Assembly: GCA_964016885.1 (NCBI GenBank)
Contig: OZ024753.1
Span: 6,076,001-6,140,000, forward strand
Direction of reading: 5' to 3'
Source of the DNA: Eledone cirrhosa
Taxonomy: Eukaryota
Length of the DNA stretch: 64,000 nucleotides
A program made the translations under genes and the position numbers. A model generated the notes under the pieces. The model worked only from the letters and a program-made list of their open reading frames with translations, was not told where the DNA came from and did no database searches. Shown piece after piece: positions 46,612 to 62,412 of this stretch (position 1 is its first letter; the number at the start of each line of letters is the position of its first letter).

Positions 46612-48996
46612 ATCGAACCAACGAGGTGCCACAAAAACGTCCTAGACTTAATTTTCAGCAATCACACTGACAATATCCACAATATTGCAGTGGAGAAAAC
46701 TCTACTCTCTGATCATGACATGGTTCTCTGTGATCTGAGATTCCACCGTCCAATATACAAACCCAATGTCATTTCTCCTGTCCATCCGTTTGACGCTATG
46801 GATTTCCACAATGCAAACTGGGAAGCGATCAGTCATGATCTTGCACATGTCGACTGGTCCTTCACGCACACTCATACACCCACTAACATCAAAAAGTCCT
46901 GGCAGACATTTGTGGACACTGTTACAAACATATGTGCTAAACACACCCCATTAAGAACTATAAACAAATCTAAGAGCAGAATCCCTAGAAATAGAAAAAC
47001 ACTCATCAGAAAAATTAAGAGAACGAACAAAAAAATCAACAAGCTGAAATACTGTCAGCAGCAACACATCAACTTGACTGCCATTTCATCACTAGAGATT
47101 AAAAAACATAACCTCCAAAACAACATAATGTCCCTCATCAACAATCAGAGAAGAGCTGAAGAGGCCTGGGCCATTGAGAAGATCAAACTCAATCCCAAAG
47201 TGTTCTTTTCATTTGCAAAAAAACACAAAATCACTGGCTCTACTGTTGGCCCTCTAATTGATGAAAATGGCACTCTTCAAGACAATGCTAAAACCATGGG
47301 TGAGATACTGCAGAAACAATACTGCTCTGTTTTCAGCAATCCTGATATGGCCGATCTGGGCTGTATCGGCGATGTTACTCCCCATTACACCTTATCGGAC
47401 ATAACGTTTGGCGCCCCTGATGTCTTGGCGGCAATAAAGGAAATCAAGCATAATTCAGCAGTAGGTCCCGATAGGTTCCCTGCTTGTGTCTTGAAGGCGT
47501 GTCAACACCAACTTGCTTCTCCTCTTGCCAATCTGTGGCGGAACTCACTGGATGCTGGATATGTGCCAGAAAACCTTCTATCCCAGTCTGTTGTCCCAGT
47601 TTTCAAAAAGGGAAACAAATCCCTTGCCGTGAATTACCGTCCAATCTCACTCACCTCTCATATCATTAAGGTATTTGAGCGAGTGGTGAGATCGCGAATG
47701 ACCCACTTCCTTGAGAGTAACAATATGCTGAACTCCAACCAGCATGGATTCCGTAATGGAAGGGATTGCCTGACGCAACTACTGCATCACTTTGATGACA
47801 TTTTGAGAGCCTTGGGAGAGGGTTCCAACACTGATGTTATCTACCTTGATTTCAGCAAGGCCTTTGACAGGGTTGATCATAACATTCTACTGAGAAAGCT
47901 GTCCAATATTGGTGTCACTGGAAAGCTGCTGCAGTGGATCAAGAGCTTCCTGTCAAACAGAACCCAACATGTTGTAGTTGAGGGAGTCAAATCAAGCCCA
48001 GCCAAAGTCAGTAGTGGAGTCCCACAAGGCACTGTGTTGGGCCCACTTCTCTTCATCATCTATATTAATGACATCACTGACATCATCAAACACAGCAACA
48101 TTAAAATTTTCGCTGATGATTCCAAGCTCCAAAAGGTCATCAATGGCGTGGATGACCGGATAAGCCTTCAGTCAGACCTACTGGCTGTTACCCAATGGGC
48201 AGAAAAGAACAACATGCTACTGAACGAAGACAAATTCGAACTGATCCACTTTGGAAAAGAGGATGCTCTGAAACTCCCGTACTCCCTTCCCTCCGGGGAA
48301 ACTCTCGTGGCATCTAACAACATCAGAGACTTGGGAGTAACCGTGGACAGCAACATAAGCTGGACCACGCATATAAGCAGCAAAGTTGACATGGCCCGCA
48401 GAATGTGTTCCTGGATCCTCAGAACCTTCCAGTCGAGAGATTCCCGCACCATTATCCTTCTCTTCTCTACTTTCGCCCGACCACACCTTGAATACTGTTG
48501 TCCACTGTGGTCTCCCCACACGAAACAAAGTATCATGAAACTTGAAGCTCCTCAAAGGGCAATCACGAAAAAGATAGATGGCATGTCAGACCTTGACTAC
48601 TGGGGTCGATTGGAAAACCTGAAACTTTACTCACTCCAACGTCGCCGTGAGCGTTATATTATCTGCATGATGTGGAAAATGTTCCATCATCACTGCCCAA
48701 ATGATGTTGGCATCGCCTTCAAGATACACCCAAGGCTTGGGCCCCGTGCTATCCGTCCCATTCAAAAATCTAAATCGCAACTCATAACAACAATACGGCA
48801 CAATTATTTCACCTCAATCGGCCCTGCTCTCTTCAACATCACACCAGGACACGTCAAAACAGAAACTGACCACACAAAATTCAAGAAGTCTTTGGACAAA
48901 TTCCTCCAAGTAATCCCGGACAAACCACCCACACCCGGATATGTCTCCGCAAACAGTAATTCTCTTCTCGAATGGGCCATGGTGCCCAAATCCTGA
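46612..48996 (+). CDS. CR1/L2-group LINE ORF2: C-terminal part of the APE endonuclease plus complete reverse transcriptase; 5'-truncated, no internal stops
   Basis: Motifs [71 protein letters not shown] and RPHLEYC..WSP. Confidence 0.93.
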   Translation: MEPTRCHKNVLDLIFSNHTDNIHNIAVEKTLLSDHDMVLCDLRFHRPIYKPNVISPVHPFDAMDFHNANWEAISHDLAHVDWSFTHTHTPTNIKKSWQTFVDTVTNICAKHTPLRTINKSKSRIPRNRKTLIRKIKRTNKKINKLKYCQQQHINLTAISSLEIKKHNLQNNIMSLINNQRRAEEAWAIEKIKLNPKVFFSFAKKHKITGSTVGPLIDENGTLQDNAKTMGEILQKQYCSVFSNPDMADLGCIGDVTPHYTLSDITFGAPDVLAAIKEIKHNSAVGPDRFPACVLKACQHQLASPLANLWRNSLDAGYVPENLLSQSVVPVFKKGNKSLAVNYRPISLTSHIIKVFERVVRSRMTHFLESNNMLNSNQHGFRNGRDCLTQLLHHFDDILRALGEGSNTDVIYLDFSKAFDRVDHNILLRKLSNIGVTGKLLQWIKSFLSNRTQHVVVEGVKSSPAKVSSGVPQGTVLGPLLFIIYINDITDIIKHSNIKIFADDSKLQKVINGVDDRISLQSDLLAVTQWAEKNNMLLNEDKFELIHFGKEDALKLPYSLPSGETLVASNNIRDLGVTVDSNISWTTHISSKVDMARRMCSWILRTFQSRDSRTIILLFSTFARPHLEYCCPLWSPHTKQSIMKLEAPQRAITKKIDGMSDLDYWGRLENLKLYSLQRRRERYIICMMWKMFHHHCPNDVGIAFKIHPRLGPRAIRPIQKSKSQLITTIRHNYFTSIGPALFNITPGHVKTETDHTKFKKSLDKFLQVIPDKPPTPGYVSANSNSLLEWAMVPKS

Positions 48997-49083
48997 ATTG
49001 AAAGACTTCGCCAGGTGGTGCTATTAAGTTAGACATGGCCTGGGCCAATACTGGCCAAAACATTTCAAAGTTATTCAAAGTTA
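46612..49083 (+). mobile_element. 5'-truncated CR1-group LINE insertion with short tandem 3' tail
   Basis: ORF2, then an ~85-nt 3' UTR ending TTCAAAGTTA-TTCAAAGTTA, running directly into (TA)n. Confidence 0.9.
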
Positions 49084-52086
<3,003 letters not shown>

Positions 52087-52127
52087 TTGAAATAAAATGA
52101 AAACGAAATTTCATTTCTCACTCTTAG

Positions 52128-52145
52128 TACGGCACTTACTTAAAT
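52128..52145 (+). CDS. Candidate 18-nt micro-exon (paralog of 32249-32266)
   Basis: tttcatttctcactcttAG | tacggcacttacttaaat | GTAAGT; phase-1 frame xRHLLKx. Confidence 0.4.
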
Positions 52146-52206
52146 GTAAGTATGTGTGTATACGTACATACATATATGTATACAGACGTACAGTAGCATG
52201 CATATA

Positions 52207-52238
<32 letters not shown>

Positions 52239-52394
52239 CATACAGGTACACATACATATATGCACGTATCAGTTTATCGGACGCTTATTATAACGCCGCT
52301 TTGTTCGTTTGTAATCAAACTGAACAGCCTGAATTTTTATGCCGTACGGTGTTAAGGCAACCTCGTCACCCTTTTGTTCAACACTGACACAGGA

Positions 52395-52437
52395 ACGATG
52401 TACTAGTTTCAAGCTTGTTAGCTGTCATCAGCAGCGT
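52395..52437 (-). ncRNA. Minimal type I hammerhead ribozyme
   Basis: RC: acgctg CTGATGA cagct-aaca-agctt GAA actagt A catcgt. Stem III is the palindrome ACTAGT and stem I pairs 5 of 6 bp. Confidence 0.78.
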
Positions 52438-53443
52438 ATACCCATCTGCCAGATAGTTGAACGTTCGAAAGTATATACTTTCCTTATGAAAATTAAAGGC
52501 TGAGCAGCCGAATTTGCATATCGAGTGAGCTAAGTCGGTCAGGCATACCGAAAACGATAAGTTTAAATTCACAAAACCTTTCATGAAATACAAAATAGTT
52601 TCTAGATTTCAATTTGAATGTAGAACCACACCAAAGTAAGTTTAGAAAAACGTGTTATTCCCTTTCTCAGGATTATTTATGCCATAAATGAAGGGGTCTT
52701 CGGTAAACACCATCGAATTTGCATCTCCTGTCCAGATCCCCAAATATTAATCGCAAAGTGTATGTTGCTCAACATACACAACATAATTTTCTTACGATTT
52801 TAATTTTATTAATTCACTTGCGCATATGACACGTTGCTGATGTTCATAATACTGCCTCGAGAAGATCAATTGCAAATCAACCCTCATGTGATTTTAGATC
52901 AGATCGTATAGGTAGCGCACTGTAAAAAATTTACTTAAAGCGTTGTACATGTTTGAATACAATGCTTTCAAATAGGTGTAACAAATGAGAAAGCTAAAGG
53001 AAATGAAAGACATGAAAATGAAATTGGTGATACGTGACTTATATGCCTACACCTTCCTATCAATGTACCATTATACATTTGTAACAATAGTGTTGTCAAC
53101 TAATATTCTCAATAATCTAATATTGTAATATGTCAGAGTTAACGCACCCATACCTAGTTTCAGTTTATAAAAATCCCAGGAGAACCATAATATATTTACA
53201 ATCATACATTTAATTCTATTTGGATCCCATCTTCAGATTACCTTGTTGAAATATCGTTGTGTGTTGTTGAAGTTACAATTACAGGGCTTTAACAATTCTG
53301 TGGTTATGTTTCAATAGAATACAATGGAATATATAAATATAAAAAAGTGAAACATACATCAATAATAACGAAAAATATCAATTACATTAACACGCACGCA
53401 CACACGTACGCACGCACGTACGTATGTATGTATGTTATATTCC

Positions 53444-53480
53444 TCCTCTGAAGAAGAAATTTTATCTCGAAATATCAGGA
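53444..53480 (+). ncRNA. Possible ultra-minimal hammerhead
   Basis: tcct CTGAAGA aga-aatttta-tctc GAA atat C agga; all stems are short. Confidence 0.45.
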
Positions 53481-54598
53481 CATTTCGAATTGTCCTGGCT
53501 TTCAAACTTCAAATTTGTCTATGTATATATATATATAAATTCTAAATCCATTTCATACAGACAAAGATAGATTACTAAATGCAAGCGTACATTGAAGTAC
53601 ATGAAATGCGATAAACAACAAACGGAATGAAAAGTATCCTAGTGTTGGGTTTAAGGTTGTATCTCAGACCCCATTATATACAACACTCGTAAACATGTTG
53701 GAATACCTCTAGGAAATTTGAAAATTAAGAATATATATGTACAAATAAAGATTAAATATATGAAATAACAATTAAGTATTAGAAAAATATAAAAAAATAA
53801 AGATATGGAAATATCCATAATGATAATTTTACAGAAATATTAAGTAGTTCCAAAGCTTATATTAAGTTGTAGGATATGAATTCATTAGTAAAAAACAAGA
53901 TGTGATGTCGTAATTATAATCTAAAAAGATACTGGAATATACAATGCCAAAACACGAAGAGAATACATAATTATTACGGTAGTCTAATTCTTTCATTTAC
54001 TGAGACTATTCGAATAGGCGCCTTTTAGCAAATCAATCTAAGCTAGCATTTAATTAAATTGCCAATGTCGTTTCTTGAAAATGAAACTATTTTAGTTTTT
54101 GCTTCAATTACAACAAAAATCTTCAACCATCTACGACTTCGTAACAAATTCAGTATCCTCAAAGTATCAACACCCACGTTATGGATGTGTTCCGCTGCTC
54201 TATATGTATGATAGAAATAAAAGGAATGGATGTGTAAACGAAATTCTAATGCTTTCGACGATCAATAACCTAGTTGTCCAGTCAAAACGAGGGTTTAGCC
54301 TATATTACAAGTAAATAGCTACGTACTACATAAATGTTTGAACATAAAACACACGGTGACTTAGTCTAGCAGTGTGTGCGATGGATCATATCTTGTGTAT
54401 GATAACAAATGATAGTTTCTCAAGGTCTCGTGTAATGCAGTCATGTCCAGGAACTCATTTGCGAGGCAACGCTGTGGCTTTTATGTGACAGAAAAAAATA
54501 CTGATCGAATTCAAATCACTTGATAAAGGGGTCTTCTGTTTCAGCATTACGTGAATGAGTAAAGGTGCATCTCAACATGCACATATTTTGGCCTACAG

Positions 54599-54641
<43 letters not shown>

Positions 54642-55444
54642 CATACATATACATTAGAAATCCTGCTGTAAAGTAGTGAGAAAAAGTTTCTATGAAATAA
54701 AAGTTGTTTGCTGGGGATAATATATCAATGTTCAAAATGTTTTATTAATATAATACTAATTTATAAAAATAAAATGAATTCAGATGACATTTTAACGCCA
54801 GGAAGATCACTAGATGCAAAAGCATTAATTTAATAATATAAAATAATTATACTTATATCTGCTCTCTGAATACAGATTGGAATATAAATCAGACCATTTC
54901 TCCGTTAATCGGAATCTATATACATATAGAAAATACAAACAAACGCACTTTCACACACTCATCACCTCCTCATACACACACAAAATATGGAACGAAATTT
55001 AAGACAAGAATGTAATTGATTTACTAAGGTTTTGCTAAAGTAAGAGGAATGAATATTTCATTCCTGACCGAATAGCTCATCAAAATTGAATAAATACAAA
55101 TACTTTACATTAAATGTTTTAAGACCCCAGTGGGAGAAGAAGAAAACGAATATGTAAATAATAACTTTGAAATCTTGTATGGAAAACGTTAAAGTTATGG
55201 ACGCATAAATCGTAATTAAAATTTATAAATGATAAAATATTTACGTTCAGCAACTATAGATATTTCCCTAACTATAATAAATCTTTTCAAAGTCTAGATT
55301 CATACTAATGGGAATTATAAACTGTATTAATACTTAGTAAGCGAAGATATAAATCTATTATTTGAATATTCTAAAGAGACGTGAAAATTTATGGAAGCAT
55401 AAAAGAGTAATAAAAAATATCTAAGAGTAAGTGATCAATATCTC

Positions 55445-56240
55445 ATCAGGGAAATGGCCGTGCTCAGTGTGCAGAAAAGGATTAGGTAGAAATGCTATCT
55501 ATGTCCCAAGTGTAAGCTATAGATTCACAAGTGATGTAGTGGGATCCCAGGTAGGCTAACAAAGAACATAAGTTTTACATGCGGCCGGTGCACAGGAGCC
55601 ATAAGGAGCAAGAGCTCTCAGCATACAATGACCTTTAAATGCGCAGAGAGCTCTAAAGAAGCGGTAGATAGCTTCTGTTTCCTGGGTGACAAAATCAGCG
55701 GTGGGAGAGGGTGTTCCGAAAGTACAGTAGCCAGAGTGAGATCGGGTAAGAGAAAGGTCAGGGATCTGCTACAGTTGCTAACTACAAAAAAAAATTTCCC
55801 TCAAAATGAAAGGCAAACTGTATGATGCATGTATAAGAACAATTATGTTGCTCAGAAGCGAGACCTGGGCTCTGTGCGCTGAGGACCTGCGAAGATTGGA
55901 AAGAAATGAAGCCTCCATGATTCGATGGATGTGCAATAGCAACATACGCGAACTGCGAAGCATAAATAAACTACGCGAGAAATTAGACAGAAGAGGGATC
56001 TGATGTTGTGTGCAGGAGAGAAGATTGCATTGGTATCGACATGTGATGCGTATGAAGGATGACAGCTGTATAAAAAGGTGCAGAGTGCTCAAAGTTGATG
56101 GTAGCCATGGAGGAGGCGGGCCTAGGAAGACTTCGGGTGAGGTAATATGAGCTGACGTTGATCAATTACGCATCATTAAAGCGATGACACAGAAACGTGA
56201 CGTCTGGCATTATGAAGTATTACAGAAGACACACCCTCTA
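55445..56240 (+). mobile_element. Decayed RTE LINE 3' region with Cys-rich (PHD-like) insert
   Basis: PCSVCRKG...LCPKC..IHK.CSGI...CGRC; VDSFCFLGDKIS; KGKLYDACIRTIMLLRSETWA; RRLHWYRHVMRM; with stops and frameshifts. Confidence 0.85.
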
Positions 56241-56397
56241 TTATTCTCGGGCTGACGCATATACCTAGTATGCAACACCATTCCCTACCATCTCGCCTCA
56301 CATAAACTACCACTATATCTACGCCCCCAATTTCCCAAAGCATCTTCGTTACGCCTCCCAAATTTCCAACCTCCTCTAATAAGTGATCCCTCCTGAA

Positions 56398-56620
56398 GCC
56401 ACGACAAAAGAGCCCAGCCACCACTATAGTGGTTATATAAATGTCTTGGCAAAAGCGAGGGCCCAGTCCTCACTGTAATGTGCCCCGTTTGGGTGTCACG
56501 ACAAAAACCGGCCAAACCACACCGTAAAGTGGTTGTGTGGGTGCAACGACAAAAAGCTCCTAGTCCACGCTGTAAAGTGGTCTTGTAGGCAACACGGCAA
56601 AAAGCACCGAGCACACCCTG

Positions 56621-56625
<5 letters not shown>
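56398..56625 (+). repeat. Diverged ~47-bp tandem repeat (about 5 units)
   Basis: Recurrent CACGACAAAAAG..CC.AG..CAC.CTGTAAAGTGGT units. Confidence 0.7.
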
Positions 56626-56664
<39 letters not shown>

Positions 56665-56666
<2 letters not shown>

Positions 56667-56861
56667 TTTTAATATAGATGAGATTCTCCAGGACTAGAAC
56701 TGTTTCATTCTTTAGAAATCATCAGGAGATTCCTGATGATTTCTAAAGAATGAAACAGTTCTAGTCCTGTAGAATCTCATCTATATTAAAACTTTTTATA
56801 CTCTGCAATGTATTGAGTACCTTACTTACTGTGGTTACCTCCGATTCAACACGGAATAACG

Positions 56862-56862
<1 letters not shown>
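56665..56862 (+). mobile_element. Family A palindromic HHR element
   Basis: Palindrome 56665-56793 plus tail ...GTATTGAGTACC...GGAATAACG into (TA)n. Confidence 0.85.
56726..56778 (+). ncRNA. Type I hammerhead ribozyme
   Basis: gagattc CTGATGA tttct-aa-agaat GAA acag-ttctagtc-ctgt A gaatctc; stem I is 7 bp. Confidence 0.85.
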
Positions 56863-56901
<39 letters not shown>

Positions 56902-56915
56902 CGTGTAACTATGCC

Positions 56916-56955
<40 letters not shown>

Positions 56956-56997
56956 GTGTGTGTGTGTGTATATATAAATGCGTGCGTGTAAGTATGC

Positions 56998-57047
<50 letters not shown>

Positions 57048-57102
57048 ATATATATATATACACATATGTATGTATATATATGCGTGCGTGTAAGTATGCA
57101 TA

Positions 57103-57147
<45 letters not shown>

Positions 57148-58335
57148 GAGTGCGTGTAAGTGTGCCTGTATATATATATATATTTATTTATTCGGATTTC
57201 TTTGAATTTTTCTTTAAGCTTATTTTGGGAGATAAGACGCAATTTGGGATTATCTCAAACATGACATCTATAACTTGGAATGTATGTATGTATGTGGGTA
57301 TATATGCACTTACCATTCGGTGCCTTATATTTAAACAATGTGTAACCCCTTGTATGTTGTCAATCACTGTCTAAATTTAAATATTTTGAAACACGTATGA
57401 GTAACAGCGAAATTAATTAGTATTCATTGTAATGTATTCTCGTCAATATGTTTTCAACTTAGCGGTACCTCATTGCATTGAAGATTCTCATTCTTTCAAG
57501 AACAGCAACACGATTCATTGTCGACTTTCACTTCTCACTATTATACGTTGATAAAACAGAAGTTTTCCACTGAAGGTCACAGCAGCCTCTGTATAATGGA
57601 CCGAATTCGTGATGTATTCTATTCAACGTCTGATAGAGACAAAAAAATAATCATAGTTCATTTTCTCACCCATGAAATTATTTTATTATATCCTCGAGTA
57701 TATTGAATGCATCTACACGTATACGAATGCTTGAAATATTTGTTATATTCATGGGTTAAAAATGGTTGAGTCGATGTAACGTAAATTCTATTGTATTTCA
57801 GTATTGATTAATTTAACAGATGCTATGATGTTGTTTTAGAATGGAGCTGATTTTCTTGTTTAGTTAAACAATAACCACTGCCTTATGGATGGCTCTTATT
57901 GAATTACGCAATGTAATATTCTAAAGACAATAGTGCACTTGAGAAATAATTATATGTGAATAATTGAATTAATTGAAAAGGCTCAACAAAATAAAGATGA
58001 TTCGTGATAGTTAATCATTGCACTGATTATGCTGAGTTCATAGCATAATTGCACTTACATTAACAATAACATCTCTCAAAAGCAGGAGAATATAGAATGG
58101 ATAACAACATGCTTACATTGTTCCTTGTAGAAAAGAAAGGGTATAACATATATAAACAATTATGTCAGAAATCCCGTGGATATTGCACATAAATACATTT
58201 ATTTTAATTCCTGATATTTTAAATGGTAGCTAGACATTTAAACATTTGTAAATGTGGCGAAACCGATGCCAGCTGGGATTCTATTTTACTGTCAATAAAC
58301 AGAAAAATATAATGATGTATACATATTTCAATTAA

Positions 58336-58370
<35 letters not shown>

Positions 58371-58377
<7 letters not shown>

Positions 58378-58762
58378 TAAGAGGAATTCCAACTTTGTCT
58401 GATTTACTCGTTTTATTTACAATCCTTTAAAATATATAATGGTATTATAATGAAATAGTATGATAGAATATTAAATTCTAAGTGTTAATTGAACAAGTAC
58501 TTTCATGATTTCGCAATCTTCAGGTTCATAATATGTGGTGACAGTCGAGTTTGCAATTTTCAACTGGCACAGTTGAAAATTGCAAACTCGACTGTCACCA
58601 CATATGAACCTGAAGATTGCGAAAGCATGAAAGTACTTGTTCAATTAACACTTAGAATTTAATATTCTATCATACTATTTCATTATAATACCATTATATA
58701 TTTTAAAGGATTGTAAATAAAACGAATAAATCAGACAAAGTTGTAATTCCTCTTATTAATAT
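58371..58762. repeat. ~195-bp-arm near-perfect palindrome (3-nt spacer at ~58567-58569) with a hammerhead in each arm
   Basis: The arms are reverse complements with a few substitutions and one small indel. Confidence 0.92.
58605..58643 (+). ncRNA. Minimal hammerhead (mirror copy on minus strand 58490-58528)
   Basis: tgaac CTGAAGA ttgc-GAAA-gcat GAA agtact T gttca. Stem II is capped by a GNRA loop and stem III is the palindrome AGTACT. Confidence 0.78.
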
Positions 58763-58791
58763 AATCTTCTATACACAATCATACACACCCG

Positions 58792-58899
58792 AAGCCAGCA
58801 GTATTTCATAATATATAAGTGACTATAACGTCAATATATATATATATATATATATATTGACGTTATAGTCACTTATATATTATGAAATACTGTTGGCTT
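58792..58899. repeat. Tail-to-tail palindrome centred on a (TA)n tract
   Basis: AAGCCAGCAGTATTTCATAATATATAAGTGACTATAACGTCAA (TA)n TTGACGTTATAGTCACTTATATATTATGAAATACTGTTGGCTT. Confidence 0.9.
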
Positions 58900-59149
58900 C
58901 TTGTTCACATTAATTTGTCTATTTTCGTTTATATATAGTATAAAAGAGAAAACACAGGTGAGCATTTGGAGAAGGATTTTATCCAGGTATTTATATATAT
59001 ACACATATATATAACTATACATATATATATACATATATATGTTTAAATTTGGTGGTTTACCACTGGGTATAGATAGATTTTAAAATGCATACAATTCATT
59101 AGAAAATTAAGGGTACGAAGATAACAATAACGAAAAGATCTAGATATCT

Positions 59150-59513
59150 ATCTATACATTACTAATTCTCTGTGATTGTGTCTTGTCTGTAATTTGCTAC
59201 AGCCAAAACGGCGCATGATAGGAAAATACTTTGAAAGGAGTTTGCCCCTGAAATGGGAATAGAAACGGAATAAAACAAGTTTTGTGTAAATCGGAGCCCG
59301 GGTTCCCGAGATACTTTTTTTTTCGGGTACCTTGAGAGGGAGAGAGCTGTAGGGGTGAGAGCTGTTGGGGTGAGAGAGCTGTAGGGGAGTGCGAGTGAGA
59401 GAGAGAGAGATCTGTGTATTTTAACTATTTAATAATTATTAAAAAAAGAACATGATTTTTAAAAAAAAACATGTTTAAGTGAACATTACTCAACTGGTCA
59501 AGGGTGGTCTAGT
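59150..59513 (+). mobile_element. Possible non-autonomous Helitron
   Basis: Starts A|TCTATAC and ends CTAG|T, matching Helitron TC...CTRR termini at an AT site; the subterminal hairpin is weak. Confidence 0.4.
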
Positions 59514-59739
59514 TTAATTTTCACTCGTTTTACGTTCAAGTAACAACCAGCTAGATGATAGTGAATTTAGTTTATATCAATTATGTATCATCAAAGGCCA
59601 GTGTAACTAATATGAAATAAATGATGAAAGATAACCGGAAATGTTTTTCTTCTGCATTAAAATATTTTTTGATTCGTTAAACATTTAATTGAGGATTAAA
59701 GTTGGTATGATTGCAACCCCACACAGACCTTCATACATC

Positions 59740-59915
59740 ATTGTTTCTACAATTGGCACAAGGCCAGCAATATGAAATCGACCCCAGTGTATCACTGGTG
59801 CTTTATTTTATCGACCCCGTAAGGATGAAATGCAAAGTTAAATTTTGAGGAAGAACCGTCACTCTATAGCACAAAGTATGGTATCCGACGCTCTATCGAT
59901 ACTGCCAATCCGCCT
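59740..59915 (-). mobile_element. SINE family 1 copy
   Basis: Core and head (GATACTGCCAATCCGCC). Confidence 0.75.
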
Positions 59916-59941
59916 TCGTGTGCAAAAGCATTTGCAGTAAG

Positions 59942-60388
59942 ACACCCACACCTACACCGACACCCACACCTACACCCACACCCACACCCACACCCATACC
60001 TACACACACCCCATACCCACACCACACCCACGCCACACACACATATCACACCCACCCCACACCCACATCGCACCCACGTCACATCACACCCGCACCACAC
60101 CATCACCACACCCGCACCACACCTGCACCCACACCTGCACCCACACCCGCACCCACACCCGCACTCACCCCACATCCACCCCGCACTCGCACTCGCACCC
60201 GCACTCACACCCACACCCCATCCATACCCCACCCACACTCCACCCATACCCCACCCACACTCCACCCGTACCCCACCCACACTCCATCCATACCCCGCCC
60301 ACACCCCACCCACACCCCACCCACACCCCACCCACACCTCACCCACACTACACTCACACTACACTCACACCACACCACACCCGCACAC
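59942..60388. repeat. C/A-rich (CCACAC)n low-complexity tract
   Basis: Direct inspection. Confidence 0.9.
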
Positions 60389-60566
60389 TATAAAGTGAAA
60401 TCATACTTGGCCTCCTGTTATTTCACTTCATAATACATTTACTCCGCCCTCTCACCACCAACATGATTCAACATTGAAGATGGAGGAATTGCGTAACGTC
60501 GAGGGCTTTTCTCATATTACGCCATGATGAACATTGCACACTTAGACACAATTATATAAGTCTATG

Positions 60567-60599
<33 letters not shown>

Positions 60600-60602
<3 letters not shown>

Positions 60603-60970
60603 GATATTAAATAAATGGAAACTATATTTATAAAACCATATTTATTTCGTTATATATATTTCAGGGATATCATATTAACAATATGTTATGCCATCTTCAA
60701 ATCAACCTCCCAAATGCAAGGTGATTGAAAGGTATGTCGTATCTATTTATTTATATGACTGTTTATATTGTATTTTGTCTGAAGATGGCATAACATATTG
60801 TTAATATGATATCCCTGAAATATATATAACGAAATAAATATGGTTTTATAAATATAGTTTCCATTTATTTAATATCATAAATATACTCCAAATACTTGTT
60901 GAGTGCTTTTATATCAGTTATAAATATTTACTCGTTGTTAACCCAACAATTTAAATATAACTTTCCATGT
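60600..60970 (+). mobile_element. Fold-back HHR element (arms 60600-60699 and 60780-60879)
   Basis: ~100-bp inverted arms, a tail with TTGAGTGC, and (TA)n at both ends. Confidence 0.8.
60772..60835 (+). ncRNA. Type I hammerhead ribozyme
   Basis: attttgt CTGAAGA tggcataacatatt-gtt-aatatgatatccct GAA atatatat A acgaaat; stem I is 7 bp. Confidence 0.8.
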
Positions 60971-61135
60971 ATATATATATATATATATATTTTATTCCTA
61001 ATTTTACGTTGTGTGTATCTCTGTATATCTGATTCTGTGTGCACATGAATTTTTTCCGTTATTTTATTTCAGGGCCTCTTTCATTTATTATAGATTTTAA
61101 TTTCGTATCTTATATCGTATCTTATATCCAAATAG

Positions 61136-61208
61136 ATTCCTTCTGATGAACGATATTAGACGTTTCTGTTAGAATCGTCTAATCTCGTGAAACCTTGGGT
61201 AATGGAAT
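61136..61208 (+). ncRNA. Type I hammerhead with long stem II
   Basis: attcctt CTGATGA acgatattagacgtttct-gtt-agaatcgtctaatctcgt GAA acc-ttg-ggt A atggaat. Confidence 0.82.
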
Positions 61209-61411
61209 AATTACATTGTTTTGTTTATTACATAATTAAATAGCCCTGTAGTATAGATAGAGCTCTCTTCTTTCCCAAACCTTTTTCACAGAAATACTTA
61301 ACATATATATATATGTTAATTTATAAACATACCATATTTCTTTAGAAATAGGAAATTGAAATACACACTCGGGCGCCGCATCCACCCCCCACCCCCAACA
61401 CACACACAAGG

Positions 61412-61540
61412 CCACACCACACCACACCACACCACACCACACCACACCACACCACACCACACCTCATTACACCACACCACACCACACTACACCACACCAC
61501 ACTAAACCACACCACACTACACCACACCACACCACACCAC
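61412..61540. repeat. (CACAC)n pentamer microsatellite
   Basis: Direct inspection. Confidence 0.95.
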
Positions 61541-61904
61541 AAACATATAGATACACACACATATATATATATATATATAAAGTAAAAGTAAAAGCTAAAC
61601 AGAAATAAGCAAATGACGCAGTACAATGAAAACATATATTAGATAATTTATTGCTTGAAATAACAGAAACTATATATGTACATATAGTATATATTTGTGT
61701 ATGTATATCTACATTAGATTAACTAACAAGATTTGTGCACCTGTGGCAGTGTAACAGCGTACAGAATACTTTTGTAATGATAATTGAAAAGAATTTCAGA
61801 AACAATGTATACTCAGACACATTTGGATGCGCAGTGCAATAATCGAACCCGGAGTATCAATTATTGCAACTAATATCAACCAAATAAGGAATGAAATAAA
61901 GTAA

Positions 61905-62202
61905 TAATTGTTTCTTATATAGGCACAAGGCCAGTAATTTGGGGGAGGGGAAAGTCGATTAAATCGTCCCCAGTGCGTGACTGGTACTTTATTTTATCGA
62001 CCCCATAAGGATGAAAGGCAAAGTTAACCTCGGCGGGATTTGAGCTCAGATCATAAAGAGCCGTAACTCTATGCTGCGAAGCATGGCGTCCTAAATAATT
62101 GTTTCTACTTTTGACACAAGGCCAGCAATTATAGCAGTGTATTACTGGTACTCTATTTTATCAACCCCGTAAGGATGAAAGGCAAAGTTAACCTCGGCGT
62201 CC
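61905..62202 (-). mobile_element. Two tandem SINE family 1 copies
   Basis: Core repeated near 61980 and 62145. Confidence 0.8.
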
Positions 62203-62412
62203 TTAATAATAAAATGTATAATGTATAATGATATCTATTCAAAGTATCAGCGTTCTAACCCATCTTGATCTGTTAGTCGGATGTATGCAAATAAGTACAT
62301 ATCCCATCAGTCAGTTGCTTAACAAACCGGAAGTGGCATACAAATTTTCAGTACGTTTGCCTAGTTGTACCTATTCCTGTTTTCCTGTGTCTTCAACAAC
62401 TCAAACGTTAAA

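Noticed and set aside
54099-54314. 71-aa ORF in unique sequence
   Set aside because: No recognisable motif, and the splice signals are weak.
56398-56625. CRISPR-like repeat-spacer appearance
   Set aside because: The units are diverged tandem repeats without identical direct repeats or unique spacers; the context is eukaryotic and there are no cas genes.
59864-60433. Pro/Thr/His-rich and Gly/Cys/Val-rich ORFs (mucin- or keratin-associated-like)
   Set aside because: They derive from a (CCACAC)n low-complexity tract adjoining a SINE.
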